Positions 27,546 through 41,642 of a stretch of DNA of 64,000 nucleotides are shown here, piece after piece. Every line of letters starts with the position of its first letter. Within the stretch, counting starts at the first letter, position 1. The notes under the pieces are model-generated. The model had not been told where the DNA came from and did no database searches. It saw nothing but the letters and a program-made list of their open reading frames with translations. A program made the position numbers and the translations under genes. The stretch is from Kudoa neothunni (lineage: Eukaryota; Animalia; Cnidaria), in contig OZ199838.1 of assembly GCA_964304625.1 (NCBI GenBank), positions 10,187,741-10,251,740 on the forward strand. Direction: 5' to 3'.

Positions 27546-30123
27546 GATAACGTTCTTATGTCTGTCAGTGTGTGTGTGCAGCAGTACGCATATGCCATGG
27601 AGGAACTTTTTTTAAATTAAGCCTTTAGTTTATATTTAAATAAATGATACCATTAATAAAAATCGTTCATTTACTTAGAAGTATAAGTATAATCAATATC
27701 GATATCAGAAATAGGGAATTTTCTGGTTGCCTGTATCAATTAGCAGATTAAAAGTACCTGTATAGTATTTAATGTTTGTTCACTTCAGAGTTTTACTCAA
27801 TTAGAATGAACTCTTACTCACTATACACAAAGATAATCTGTTAATTATGATATAGAATGTTTTAAAAATGTTATATATATATATATCGTTTGGGGAAGTT
27901 TTAAGACAAATAAAACTATTAACTTCACATTTACGAGAGTTGTTGCATTACCCTTAAAATTGGAAACATAACCAAATTATTTAGAATGTATTTTTACTTT
28001 TCAAGTGTTATAGATATATTTCAGCGAATAAGATGATGATAATTTTAAATAAAACACATAATTTGAGATTAAAGTCGTTGGAATAATTTTGGTCTCTGTA
28101 TGCATTCTAAAAACGATGTAAGATGTATGTAGAGTTTTCAAATAATTAAATTTTTGTGATAACTTTTTAAATGAAAATTTCTTTTTATCGAATATATCGA
28201 TTGAGTTTGAAACTATATTCGTCTTTTAGATAAGTTTTTACTCATTTTTTCGTTTTCCTAAACTTTCTTATAAAACAACTGGCATAGCTAATTCGATAAG
28301 TTTCTATATTTGATAAGATAATTATTTAAATAATGTTTAAGTTCTTAGTAAACTAATTATTCCTTACCCTCAGACTTTAAGGTTAATATTCAAATCAATA
28401 TAGAATTTTCTGTTCGTAAATAATAATTCATTATGATATAAAAATTGCATGAAAGTATGCGACACCTCATTCTATACGTAGTTTAAGAATTTATATTCAC
28501 GATTACTTTTGAAAAAAATACGGTCCACTCAATACGTGTGATGTAAGTTAATAAGAAATTATTGGTCTGCTCGATCTAACCGATATTTTCACAAAGTTTT
28601 CGTTAATCTAAGAATCTTTCAACACAAAGAAATTTTTTAGGGAAATCAAACAGTACGCTTATTTTTAAAAGAGTGCCCTCCTTCGAGAAAACCAGTTGAT
28701 GTTTAAGCATTACTGTAATTTTTCAACTCCAAAACATCTTAACATTTTTGATTTCACTGTATTTTGATTATTTAATCTATATATTTTTTGAACAAATTAG
28801 TATTATTGTTAAAAAAAGGTTTCTTATATTTAAAAATCGGGAAATTATGTTAAAATAATGAATACGTAAGTTACCACTCACAGCTTATTAAAACCTCATT
28901 AACATCCTTATACAATTGCAAAAAAGGGGTAATAATATTTTTATTTCTGACGCATCTTAGATCGTTTTTATTTTTGTTCTTATCGTTTGTAGACTAATAA
29001 TAATTTTTATACCTAGATGAATTAATTTTTATCGTAAGATTTTAAAAAGAACTGAGTCTTATTTAAGTTATTTAATGATTTTGTTTAATTAATAAATGAA
29101 CTTTAATCGTTAATTAAATTGCTCATAAAATTAAGGTCATTATTTGTTTGGTCATAATTTGTAAAATAGACTTAAAAATACTCATTAATTTCTCTCAATA
29201 CCTCTATTTATATTTGAATGGAAAGTGTGTGCATATTTTTGTTTATCTAAATAATCACATTACAAAAATAATGACAAGTTTTAAAATTCATCAATTAAAA
29301 TAGAAAAGTAAAATTTATAGTGTTTATTGTTCTAATTAGATTAGCTCTTCTGTAAAATGACTCCATTCAAAAATAAAATTAAAAGTTTAATTTTTCCATC
29401 GCACAGTACCAGCAAAGCTGGATATTAGCGCTAATATATAATGTATTAGGACGAGTTTTGAGAAAAACGGTGATAAAATTTGTTATTTTTTGTGTATTAA
29501 CGATTAATTTTAATTTTTCATTAAAAGTTCTGGAAGGGGTAAAATTTACCGATATTGCATTTCTCTATGAACTTTAATTCTTTTAATTTACCTAGTAGAT
29601 AACTTTCTCGCATTAAAATTCACGAATATTTCTATCTTAATAATAAAACTGAATGAGAAATTTTAGTTTTGTCGTCAATTAACTTTTTCTTATTACCAAT
29701 AAAAATATTATAAAGCTTGGTTATAAGTTTAAAAATAATTATTGAAAATCGAGTACAAATATTTCCATACTAAATAATTATGGAAAAAATTTAGGGAATA
29801 TCCATTTACCCGAATATTATTACATTTTTTTGTATCAATTGACTACTTAGAATATATAAAACAAATAATCTGATAAATAAACAGTCACAAGGAAAAACAC
29901 AAATGTGAATGTTGAATTTGCGACCGAATAATTATAAAATATTTCATATATTATGAAAGATTATGATTATAGAAATATTCTAAATCCTTAAAATAATAAT
30001 ATATGTGTATTATAACCAGTCTTCAGCTTTATTCTTTTAGCATGAATACTTTTTGATACATTTAATGAACGCAAAACAATATATTTTAAATTATCCATAA
30101 ATATGTTATTCATTCAAATGATA

Positions 30124-31404
30124 CAGTATTTCAAGATCTAAATGCAACAGTGTCGGATCAAGATTAAACTGATTCGCGCAATTACAGATAACCATGACGG
30201 ATCGTGACTCGTCACAGCTTAACGTCACAACGAGAAAATATGTTTCTTTAGACGACACAAAGAAAGAAATTATCATTCGGTTATCTAAAGTGTATAGCGT
30301 TAGTTAAACTATTTTTGAGAGATGTTAAGGAAAATTATACCTATGGCCTAATTGCCACAAGAATTGGCGTTCATAAATCAACAATTTCACGGTTCTTAAA
30401 AAAGAATTCGAAGATGATGATGATGATGATGATGAGATCGATGAAGAATGCAGTTGTAAGAAAGGAGATGGGGACAGGAGGTCAAAATTGACAATCGCCC
30501 ATAAATCATATATCCAAAGCTTAGTGAATGAGGATTGCACAATTACATTAGATTTAATCGCCAAGAAACTACAAGAAGAACGTAATAGCTGTGCTTCTAG
30601 ACAGATTATTACTCATTGTTTAAACCGGTTCCTTTACACCCTCAACAAAATTTCAATTGTACCGATTGCGAGAAATTCTCAGGATTGCATATCAAAGTCC
30701 AAAAGTGTTGTTACTAATTAATAGCAAATGTAATATTTATTAGTTATGTTTTAAAATATCTGCAACGTAAACCATTCCATTTTCCTGTAACTTACATTGA
30801 TTAGTTTGGCTTCTCGCTTTCTATGAGACGAACATTTGGAAGGTCACTTTCAGGTACAAGAGCGAACCTGAAAGTGAAAAGAATTTGATCCAAAAACATC
30901 ACATTGGTAGCCGCTGTTAGCTCCGAAAAAGTTTGGACGTTTCAGCTGATAAGTTACACAGAGAATCAACAAGTTTTCTATATTATCATAGAAAAATTTC
31001 TTGATGATTTATCGAACGATAGAATTCAAAGTGCGTTGTTAATTCTGGAAAATGTAAGGTTTCATAAAACCGATCTCATTCGTAAAAAAATTGATTCAAG
31101 TGGCCATAAACCTTTGTTTCTGCCTCCATATTCATCATTCCTCAACCCTATAGAGGAATTCTTTCACCAAGTAAAATCGATTGTCCGATGAAAAATACCC
31201 ACAAATACAGATGAGTTAATGGAAGCTATCTTGAATAGTCCTGATGAAATAACACCTGCCCAACTTCAAAATTATTCTAATCATGCGGAGTCGTATTTCC
31301 CAAGATGTTTAAATATGGAAGAAATAGAAAACTAATACCTATATGATTTTAATTTATTAATTCATCTTGATCCGACATCGTTGCACTTAGGCCTTGAAAT
31401 ATTG
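30124..31404 (+). mobile_element. Tc1/IS630-like DD34E transposon, degenerate copy A
   Basis: TIRs of about 40 bp (CAGTATTTCAAGATCTAAATGCAAC...GTCGGATCAAGAT) with TA flanks. Motifs YID*FGF and LIL(E)NVRFH...FLPPYSSFLNPIEE with 34 residues between the second and third catalytic positions. Contains stops, frameshifts and a (GAT)n tract near 30413-30433. Confidence 0.92.
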
Positions 31405-31770
31405 TATAAAGGCTTTTTCATATTAAAAGGAATACGACATATAATACTCACTGATTATTTGCATTCAGTTATTAATTTAATCAATACGAAACGAGTTATC
31501 CTATATAAACCAACATCAGTTCAGTTTTCATCGTTCTATCATATTGAACTTTTAATTAAATAAACTAGATTTTATACTTATTTTCAAACAAGAACATGAT
31601 TAATTAAATAGTCACAAAACTAATAAAATATATAATTTTTTACAATCGTCTGGGATAAGAAGCAATATTTTTTCGCCTTATGACAAATAATGATGGAAAA
31701 TTTAAAGATATAAAAACCATAGTATTTTTATTCGAATATGTTATCTCTGATAATATATTGAATATCCTAA

Positions 31771-32303
31771 TCAATTGGAAAGAAATTTTTGAACGTTGTC
31801 TAGTACAGCAACTTCTTCTTCAACGATTTTTTCACCCTGTGATTAGAAAAAATTAACCTAGCATACTCACGGGAAATATTACTGTTCTCAGATCCAATAG
31901 CGTAGGTATGCGTTCAATTTTAAAAGGACTTTCTTTTCGAAAATCATTTTCTGAACACCTCCATCTTACGTGTGTATAATACCGACAATATCACAACTAA
32001 GCGAATACTTGGTTTTGTCTCCAACATAACAAGTGATCAGCAGAATATCGTCATTTAATGTAGCGCGTGCTTTATCAACTATAGGGAAACCTAAATAATA
32101 AGAACATTGAATAATTATTATTATTAACAATAAAAATAGGCACTACTTTTATTGCAATCAGGACACCAACATAGTCCAGTTGTTTGGTCGATATCACCAC
32201 TGAAATATATAAAAATGTGTTTATTTAAAGTAGAGTTGACTATTCGACTAAGCTCTTCGAACGATGAGCATTGGATGTGGTTGAGATTGTTAGTTTTATC
32301 CAT
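31771..32303 (-). CDS. TXNDC17: Thioredoxin domain-containing protein 17 (TRP14), 4 exons
   Basis: Motifs SFEEL...IFIYFSG...GLCWCPDC, CYVGDKTKWRCSENDFRK, IPTLL and EKIVEEE. WCPDC is the TRP14 active site. Confidence 0.95.
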
Positions 32304-32816
32304 TTCGGAGGTATCGATCCAATCGAGCGAGCACCTGTGACCACTACTTAGAGATTAATAATTCAATGATAAGTTTACTTTATGGAAATAAGTTTAATTG
32401 GGCTTTTTCACCAAAGTCCAATCGAATAACACTTTTTAATTAAATAGTTTGAATATAACATGGTCACAATTAATCAACTTACAGTATTCAACAAAAAAAT
32501 CAATCAGTCTTTTGTCCGACTCCCAAACAACCAAACTAAAAATATCGGAACTAGATAAGCAGCCTTAATTATTAAACTGATCAGATCAGGTAAGATTAAA
32601 TTCATTCAAAAAAGTCGTAAAAATATCGTTAGCAACCAATTCTCGCATAATTATTTATTATTTTAATCCGACCACCTCCCCAACAACTATCAACGCAACA
32701 TATTCTATTTGATAGAGAAATCTCTTTTGAGCAACCACCAAATAATATCTATCGACAACATTAAATAATATCCCGAGATACTGCGACGACCTTTAGTGTT
32801 ATTGAAACTATTTGTT

Positions 32817-33469
32817 ATGGCTGTAACTTGCTTGATTGTTTTTTCTATTCAACATTTTTATTTTCTTATAAAAAGATCAAATTTTTTCTGATACAAAATC
32901 GAACAGGTAAATCAAGAGCTGTGAGATGGTACGTACCATACACTGCAGAGGAACAAAAAGAAACTCTCACCTATGTACATTCTTTGATATCAATTAGAAA
33001 TTCGGATGAATCCAATTTTTTCGAAGTAATTCTTAATGGGTTTTATATTGGTGTGCATCGTTCCATCACATTTCCTGTAGACTTCGTCCTACAAAATTGT
33101 TTACAAGGTTTATGCATCAATGTATTTCTGCATTGGCTGTGATATAAATGATAACTCCTTGGGAATGATTGAAGCCATTCATAACTTTGTTGAGGTTAAT
33201 TTTTTCGTCCTTAAACCTCCAATTTCTATTCAAATATTAAGACTCTGAACAAATATTTCGAAGGCGTTTGTGAATTGGACATTGTATTCAACTTTACTAA
33301 AGTAATTGATTGTATAAATTTATGTTGGTTCGCTCTAAGGAGAACTGGATAACAACTGTGGTTGTAGGTTTATGTGTGTCTTGATCTTATGTTTTCGGCC
33401 GGTGAAATATGCCTCACTCCAAAAGACACCGTTCTTCAACACCTCAAACAAATTGGCTCACTCGATTAA
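32817..33469 (+). CDS. AP2S1: AP-2 complex subunit sigma, 5 exons
   Basis: MA|IKFFLIQNRTGKSRAVRWY, SNFFE, KIVY, NDNSLGMIEAIHNFVE, YFEGVCELDIVFNF, AGEI. Confidence 0.9.
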
Positions 33470-35382
33470 TTTTTTAGTCAATCCAGCAGATTTGATGGGT
33501 TTGTCGATTTTTCAATCAATTGTAATAGTTTTTATATCATTGCACTATATACCAAAAGATGTGTTATTTATTCCTAACTATGAAATAAGATTTTAAACTT
33601 ATTATGGTTTTTGTACATTTTGGCTGGATTTCAAATGAATAAAACTTAAAAATTCTAAGCAAAACCTCCACAGATGTTCATACATTGTGTGACTGAAACT
33701 TTTCTTGGCATATTAAAGTTGTCATTCGCAGATAATGTCGAGAATTTGTACGTTTGAGCTTATTAAATGAATTAAGATACATTATGACTTAACAGCATAT
33801 AATTGATAATCAAGTATAAATTACAGAAGCAGAACAAAAATACCATGTAAATCTTTATTTATAGATAGATCAATGAAATCTAAAGTAACGCCTTCAAACG
33901 GTGGAAAGAGAATTAACATTCGTCCAATTCCAATTCAGATTCAAAGGAATTTTTATGATTAACCAACTTATTAAGGTTTGTTGGGTAGTTTTCAGCCTGG
34001 GAAACCTTGAGTGATAATTTATTAAGCATATATAATTTTATAGCGATAATAATTTTATATATAACTTTAATGCTATCTTTTTAATACAAAAATATAGTTA
34101 TAAAATAGCTATATAGATACAGGTACAAAAAAATTTGTTCGTAGAAGGTCATTGGAGTCCAAAAGTGAAAAGATATTTTAGTTTTTTCAATAATTTTCTA
34201 CATAACCTTAATATATGTTTAACAAACATTATTATTTTTGAAAACTTTATAGAACTAAGAATTTAAAAAATTTTTAGGTACATTAATTACGTGTCCATTA
34301 TATAATAAACCTTCAGATGATAAATGATATGAGGTGTTTCTACTTCGCACAAAAAATAGCTTAAATTGGATTTTTCAAATTATATATTTATAAAATAGAT
34401 CAATGCGCCTTCTGGATAAAGTTAATTATTTTTTCTCACATTATAGAACCTCAATATTATAATATCATTATATTAATATTTTTTAATTGAACTGATCATA
34501 AACGATCTTAAGATTGGAGATCCAAAATTTTAACTTTACCAATATGTAAATCATAAAGTATAGGAGCGATTTTTATAGCCATTAATTTTTTGATAAATTT
34601 TAATAATGTAATTATTTATCAACAAATATTTAAATCATATTATTATTCATTTATTTGTAGTGACTACTAATTCTACACTTCAAACAAAAGTTTTATCATT
34701 AATATTAATATCATTTAAAAATTAGGAATTATTTGTGATCATAAACGTTTACGGTTTTTTTATTTGTTGCTTATTCGCTTGGTAACTTTGATCAAAAATC
34801 TGTTCGATTTTTTTAAAATTTCTTAAGGATGTTTTCAAATTATTTTAATTTAAATAAATCAGCCAACAAATGTTTGATAAAACTTTTTTATATGTCTATT
34901 ATTATAGAGGAAAACAGAAATAAGCGATAAGACAAAAATTCGTCCAGTATAAATGGAGGCACTGTGTTAATGAGACGTACATTAATTTCTCCGAATATAC
35001 GTAATATTAACTCGAAATATTCTAGTTATAAATATTTCTGAATTTTAACATACTAAAATATAAAAAGTATCAATGTTTGTATTGTTTAAAATACAATAAA
35101 AATATGCGGTCTTATTTCTAGTTATTTATTAATCTTTTAATTTAGAATTTGCTAAATATTAATGTATTTTAAATATTTTTACTTCATATAAAGTTTTATT
35201 GACTTTACCGCATTTTCAAATGTTTATATTTCATACAAACCAAATTTCCGTGGTCGTTTAAAAATTCACCTGTTACCATATTCAATTAAAAGAAATTAGT
35301 GATAAAACTTTTGGCGATGTTCATTTTTGAATCAAATTTAAAAAAATTGGGTAGATTAAATCAGCAGTATATATATCTGATA

Positions 35383-35800
35383 CAGTGCAACTTCGGAGCT
35401 CGAACAAAAATTTTGAGTCGGAAACACATTTGAGCTCGAACACATTTAGAATGGATATTCAGAAGAAATCCAGTTGAAGCGGAAAATAGAGAAGAAAAGA
35501 AATTATAGAAGATTCACTCCATCAAATTGTGCGAACGTCATCAAAGGAAAACCCTTTATAATCAAGCGTATGACGGCCAAAAAATATTTATTTTATTATT
35601 ATTATTATGTTTAATATTTATTTGTTATATTTTATCAACACAAGGCATGCATTTTATTTACAAATAAGAATAAAAATAGCCATTTATTTGATGCGGGATA
35701 ACGGATTAAACTATTTTTCATTATTTTGCTTAAAAAAATATTATTCGGAGTTCTAACACAAATCTAGAACAGATTACGATCAAAGTCCGAGGTTGCACTG
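35383..35800. mobile_element. Tigger/pogo-type MITE, copy 2
   Basis: TA-CAGTGCAACTTCGGA ... TCCGAGGTTGCACTG-TA. Internal sequence matches 23619-24022. Confidence 0.88.
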
Positions 35801-36698
35801 TAATAATAAATAATAATTGCTTGAGCTCCTTGTTTAGAAGTGGTAGTTGAATCAGCGAGGCAATCCCCATATACAAATTCAGTTGATTTATATTTTACTT
35901 TTTTAAATCAAAGAATCATAACTTTCTAAAACTGAAGATATACTTTCATTTTTATATTACATTTAGTCGATATTAACGCAGAGCTATCATCAAATCCAGC
36001 TAGAAACGTATTAGCACAAAAAAAAATATTAAAGTTAGTTAAATCAACTAGACCATTTCAACTTACCGAAATTCGAAATTCTAATATAATTTCTCATTAC
36101 TTTTCAAATTTCTATCCAGTATGTTAATTTATGACATTTTAAATTGTTGTATAATAGTCATTGGCTCCAATCACAAAGGAAGGCTATTTTATTACATTAT
36201 AATTTCATGTTGATTGTTATATATTTATTTTTTATACAATTTTTTCAGTCATTGAGAATAAAAGCCACTCATCGACAACAATGTCCAACCGAAAAATGCA
36301 TAAATTTGTGAATCACGTGATTTTTACTTTAATTCGGATTCCATTAAAATTCATAAATTGTTCTAAACATAAAATAAAGCTTCTGCAAATTTAATTTATA
36401 AAAACATGCGGCGAATCTTAGAAAACTACGAACTTCCACTCATCGTATATATGTATGTATATATATACATATATATTACCTTTTACATACAAAAATAAAT
36501 CTCTCTATATTCAATAATATTTTAATCAAAACCATAAAAAATTTATAAAACAAATATTACAATACTCGCATCAATATAATAAATCCAAAAACATAGAAAA
36601 AAGAAAATTAAACAAAAAATGGCCAATTTTAATGTTTGATTTGTTCATGAATTTTTTATAATTTGGAAATATTCCAAAAAAAATCTTCTAAACCTTTA

Positions 36699-39600
36699 TT
36701 ATTGTCTGTTGTGTGGGTTGAAATTGTTCGGATCTAAAAATGATAAAGGAGCACTAACGTACCAAAAAAATTACCTGGATAATAAGGTGGATAGCGTGGT
36801 GGATAATTTTGCTGGTTATAGTTAGTGGTGGGTTTAAGTGACCTAGATGGTATCTCGCGAGGGTATTGTTGATGGTTGGGTGTATTGTTAAAGTTTTGCG
36901 ATTGAACTACAGTTGTTTTCGATAGTTCCATAGTCAAGTTTTTTACTAGAAAATTAACTTTTCTGTGTAATTCAAGCCCATCTCTAATAAATACACGCAT
37001 CAAATATAACATTGGACTCACATAAATACCTACTTGATATCATTATTGATCCTAGTGTAGATTTCTATCATTTTTTTTATTCTTTCAACTCGTTGTTCTT
37101 GTCTTATATCAAAAGGTTACACAAAAATAAACTCAGCAAACATTAGATACTGGTAAAGAATTGTTTTGATTTTATCCATAAAATCTAGGCATTTGTTGTA
37201 TGCATTTTGAAGCGCTCTAAGCATGTTACATCATAAGCAGAGTTATTCAAATAACAACCAAAAATTACTCGATTATGTTGTTTTGAGCTACAATATTTTG
37301 TTTTAGTATGCTAATGGGATGTTCAAACTTTTTTAGGTGTTCTTTGAAACAGGCCTAATCAATGTATCAGGTTAAAGCAGGGAAAATATACTAACCAAAT
37401 TACTGTATGAACTGATCTGTCTATTAATGGCAATCGTAAACGAAAATCATCATTTTCAACCTAAAACAACAATTTGTACAAGCTCAGTTAAACTAACTAT
37501 ACTTTTTCTATTAATTCACTGAGAAATCTGCATCTTTGGGATCTCATCTGATCGACTTTGGCCTAATTATTATAAGTTCAATTTCATAATTAAATATATT
37601 GGAAATTAAATTCCAAAATTAAACAGAGAGATTAAATGTTGACAATAACGATGAATCGGCAAAATTACCATCAAACTCTCAAGTAATTTCAAGTTGTTTG
37701 AGGTGTCACTTGAATCTTAATAAAAGAATTCAAATATAACGCTTAAACGTATATATAAGAATTCGACATACTTAATATAGGTTCAACAGAGGGGATTGTG
37801 GAAATAATTGTGTCGGTTGGGGAAAATAAAAGTAAAAAATCCGACTTATGCTGATCAAACGTAGATTTCAAATGACTATCAATTTGTGTCTATTGAATTG
37901 ATATAAAGTAGTACATCGAACAACCATCCATTTTTATCGACTAATTGATTACGGCTTGATTTAATGTTGTTTCTATGGAATCTTTTTTCTTAACGATACT
38001 TTCCTTGACTGATGGCTAGATTTAACAAAAATAGCTTTAGAATCGTTGACTATAAATAATAGAAAAGATTGTACGGTTACATCGATGAAATTAATTTTTC
38101 TATAAAAATCTGCTAGGAGTTGCTGAAAGTTGGTTATATTTGTTTTCGAGAGGTTTATTTGATCTAAAATCACACAAATATCAATCAATGTATAATACAA
38201 ACGCAGTACAATTCAGTTTATCTTCCAATGTGTTTAAATCCCAACAAGTTGTTTTCATCGAGGTTATGTCAATTTTTAAAATATCTTCAAGAAAATCAAC
38301 TCATCATAATAAATAATTTCAAAGTTTTATACCAAGTGATGGTATGTGGCCATGTCTAGCTTCCATAATTGATGCGACATTAATTCGTCTCAGAAATGTC
38401 CTTGAAACAATATGTTAGTCAGTCAGCAGATGAATCACCAAATAGAAAAATTAATGTAAAGTTAATAAGGTTACTCTAATTCAGCATTGCTTTTGTTGAC
38501 TTGGGCTTCGGTGCTTGTTTTTAAATTATCCAACATTGCTCTTATATTTGAATACGAATATATTATGAGCTATTTTTATACGCAAAAAAGTATACTTGAA
38601 TGGCGCATAATCCCCATCATTATGATTAGAAGAAAAAATTTGACCAAAAAGATTAAAATTTTTGTACAATGTTTCGTCTTCTTTGAGGTAGGAGAATGCA
38701 ATTCTTTCGCCGACAAAAGATTCTACATTTTTATCGTTCAGAACAATTATTCATAATAGTAATGAATATATTTACCATTTGGAGGTGTAATACCATCCAA
38801 AGAGGTTGGAACAACTCGAAAATAAACAGTTCTATTATCGAGTTCAACTTCTTTTTCACTTTAGTTGTTATTATCCATCATTACTAATAAATTAAAACAT
38901 GATTACTAAGCTTTTATTTTCATTATTGTTGATTGAATCGTAGACAGTGAGTTTGATTTCTATAAAATTAGTCCAATATTATTTAATAAAAGAAGATAAA
39001 ATATGTAGGCTAATTGAGAAGGTGTAATTTACCAACGTTTTGGCCAGTTTCGCAGAAGAATCAAGATATTTTAAACTGAAATTTGCACAAACAACCATTT
39101 TCGATGAATCACTCATAATATTCATTGATTTCGAAAAATAATACTTGAATAATTTTTATTAATTAGATTATGCGACAATTTCAATCGAATACCAATGCCA
39201 TTCCATTGTAATAGAGATAAGCAATATCACAAAAATTGGTCCAGCTTTTTGGCTTAAAAAATCCAGATCATAACAACAAACCACAACAGTAATACCACGG
39301 GAAATAGAGGATACAACGCAGGTAGTCTGGTCAGCTTAACTTTGGCATCTTTTGTTAATTTCATCAGCTAAACCCCATACCACTTAGATTATTTAGGGCA
39401 TTTCAAATTAAGATCATACCCCAAAAGACAATCCAGACAATCTGAGAAAAGTTTCTTTATTGTTTTTTGAGTCGGATCTAGCTAATGCTTCAACCGTTAT
39501 GTGTTGCACCATAAGCTACATATATTAAATAATGATAATATCTCTCTGCCGAATACCTCAACAATAGCTTGGAGAGCTTTGATAAATGCTGGACTTAAAT

Positions 39601-41177
39601 ACTCGTGACTGTCACATACATACTCTTTATCTAACATATAGAAAATAGCAGATTGAGCTCTACGAATATTTTTCAAGCATTCTTCTGACGACTTGAACTA
39701 TCTTTAATATTTTTATAAATCAAATGAAAATATACCTTAGTTTTATTGATCGCTGAATTAATATTGGATAAAGCTAAATAGAAGTAATATTTCAATTAAC
39801 ATTGTATTCTATTGTTTAGAACAGGGGTTCTCAACCGTTTTTTGAAATTATCCCTCCCCCAACTTGGAAGTCAAATTCATATTTACTTTAAGGTTTTATA
39901 TCGGCTTAATTATAGCGGAAGCTACTTTCAGGCTAAATTCTGGTCATAAATGCATGTATGCTTATGCAATGACATTTTGAATCACATCATATCTTACTCA
40001 TAAGCTGTATATTGGCTTAATTTTTTAGATTTTGCTAAATTAAATTATTTCTTGTCCACTCCTCAACTCTTGGGGCCAGAAATAATTAAAAATAATAAAA
40101 ACTAACGACACTTTAATATTATTTAGCATGAAAATAGTCATTTTAAGTATTTATTATTATTATTGTTAGGTCACACCACTAAAAGATAAACGAGCGATAA
40201 AAGAAAACATCGATAATAGTTTCAAAAATAGCTATTTAATACTCATTTCTAAAAACATTTTAAGAATTTCTATCTAATTCTTATTGAGTTAATAACCCTA
40301 AATAATATATTTTCTTGAAATCCTGAAGTATGTCACAAACTCATAATGCAAAAATTCCCTATATCCTATTTGATTGTTACTTAATTTACCCCCTCTTATT
40401 TAAATTTTATACCCGGTTGAGAATCCCTGGTTTAGAAGACAATGAGAGATTATATAAAACTTAATACATGACAGGTATCGAATTAATAATAACATTATTA
40501 ATTTTTAAAACATAATACATAAAAATAACTGCCGAAAATGATTCGATAAATTTATTTTATCGAAATTTCATTTAAATATGAAGCTTCATTATTCTATTTA
40601 CGAGAATAACAATTTCGGTTATTTCTAGTAATTTAATAATAATTAATATTACCCAAAACGAGAAAACAATTGGATATTTCAAACTTGAGCACATTCGAAT
40701 TGACCAAACTTTCAGTAAACATAGAAATCCTATTGTAATAAGTGAATTATTCACATTGGAGTAAAGCATCAATCAAAAAATTACCAAGAAAAGGAAACGT
40801 CACCAAAATTATTTAAGTTTTTCGAATTACTCATCAGCAAATTTATATTACAACAATAACACGACACAGAAGTGTCCAATTCTTCGATGTCAGTTGTTGG
40901 AAATAGATTATATTGAGCTATAGCTTTACTGAGCTAGAACATGGTGAGTTAAAATTATTAGGATTCCCTAAATTAATTACAGCCGTTCTTGTGTGCTGCA
41001 GTTTGGTTATTTCATCCTCAAAATCGTGTGCATTAGATACGTTGTAGTAAACAAAGAGAGTCTGTTTAGAATTGTAAAATCGAAAACAACTAACCAAATC
41101 GTAACCTCTCGAATACCACTCACAATAGAAATGTCCATTGTTTGAGGCAAAACCACAGCAAACTCCTTCAGATCCAT
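36699..41177 (-). CDS. PDCD6IP: BRO1-domain ESCRT accessory protein, ALIX-like
   Basis: Bro1-like segments (EITKLQHTR, FSW, LSPAFIKALQAI, VELDNRTVYFRVVP), a helical V-domain-like region ending in GLELHRKV, and a Pro/Tyr/Gln tail NYPPRYPPYYPG. Not every internal exon was resolved. Confidence 0.75.
39822..40429. mobile_element. hAT (Charlie-like) MITE inside an ALIX intron
   Basis: TIRs CAGGGGTTCTCAACCG / CGGTTGAGAATCCCTG with a perfect 8-bp TSD GTTTAGAA. Confidence 0.93.
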
Positions 41178-41630
41178 TATCGAGCAATAACGATGATTAA
41201 GTCTCGAATATTTTTATGTCTAAAAGCTGATTCAAGACAGTTAATTTTTGGAACCAATTATTCTTGATTTAATGTTTGATTAAATAAGGAAGAATAAAAT
41301 TGATAATTTAAAAATTTTAAGTTTTGTTTTTATATTACTTTATTAAAATATTTCAATGATAATCTGGTATCGCAGCTTGGTGTATGATTGAAAGGACTTA
41401 TCTTACATAATAATAGTTTAAATTTACTTTTCATTCATTCTGCTCAATAATATAGTTTTTAATTATATATAAGGTAATTATACTGTCATCAAGCTTAATT
41501 GGAGAAATTATGATGGTTATAAGAACTAGAGTTTTATTATAATATTTTTTGTTATTTTATGCGTATATACTATTGTAGAGAGTAATGTTGGTTATTTAAA
41601 AATTCAGCACAGAATTGTCTAACACTGTTT

Positions 41631-41642
41631 GGCGCATGCGCG
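41631..41642. promoter_or_regulatory. NRF1-like palindrome GGCGCATGCGCG
   Basis: Perfect GCGCATGCGC core about 450 nt upstream of the ALIX ATG. Confidence 0.45.

Noticed and set aside
30325-30564. Poly-Ser ORF on the minus strand
   Set aside because: Antisense reading of a (GAT)n tract inside the Tc1-like element.
32600-32762. In-frame TGA created across a possible splice junction (selenoprotein idea)
   Set aside because: No resemblance to known selenoprotein motifs, no SECIS seen, and the junction itself is speculative.
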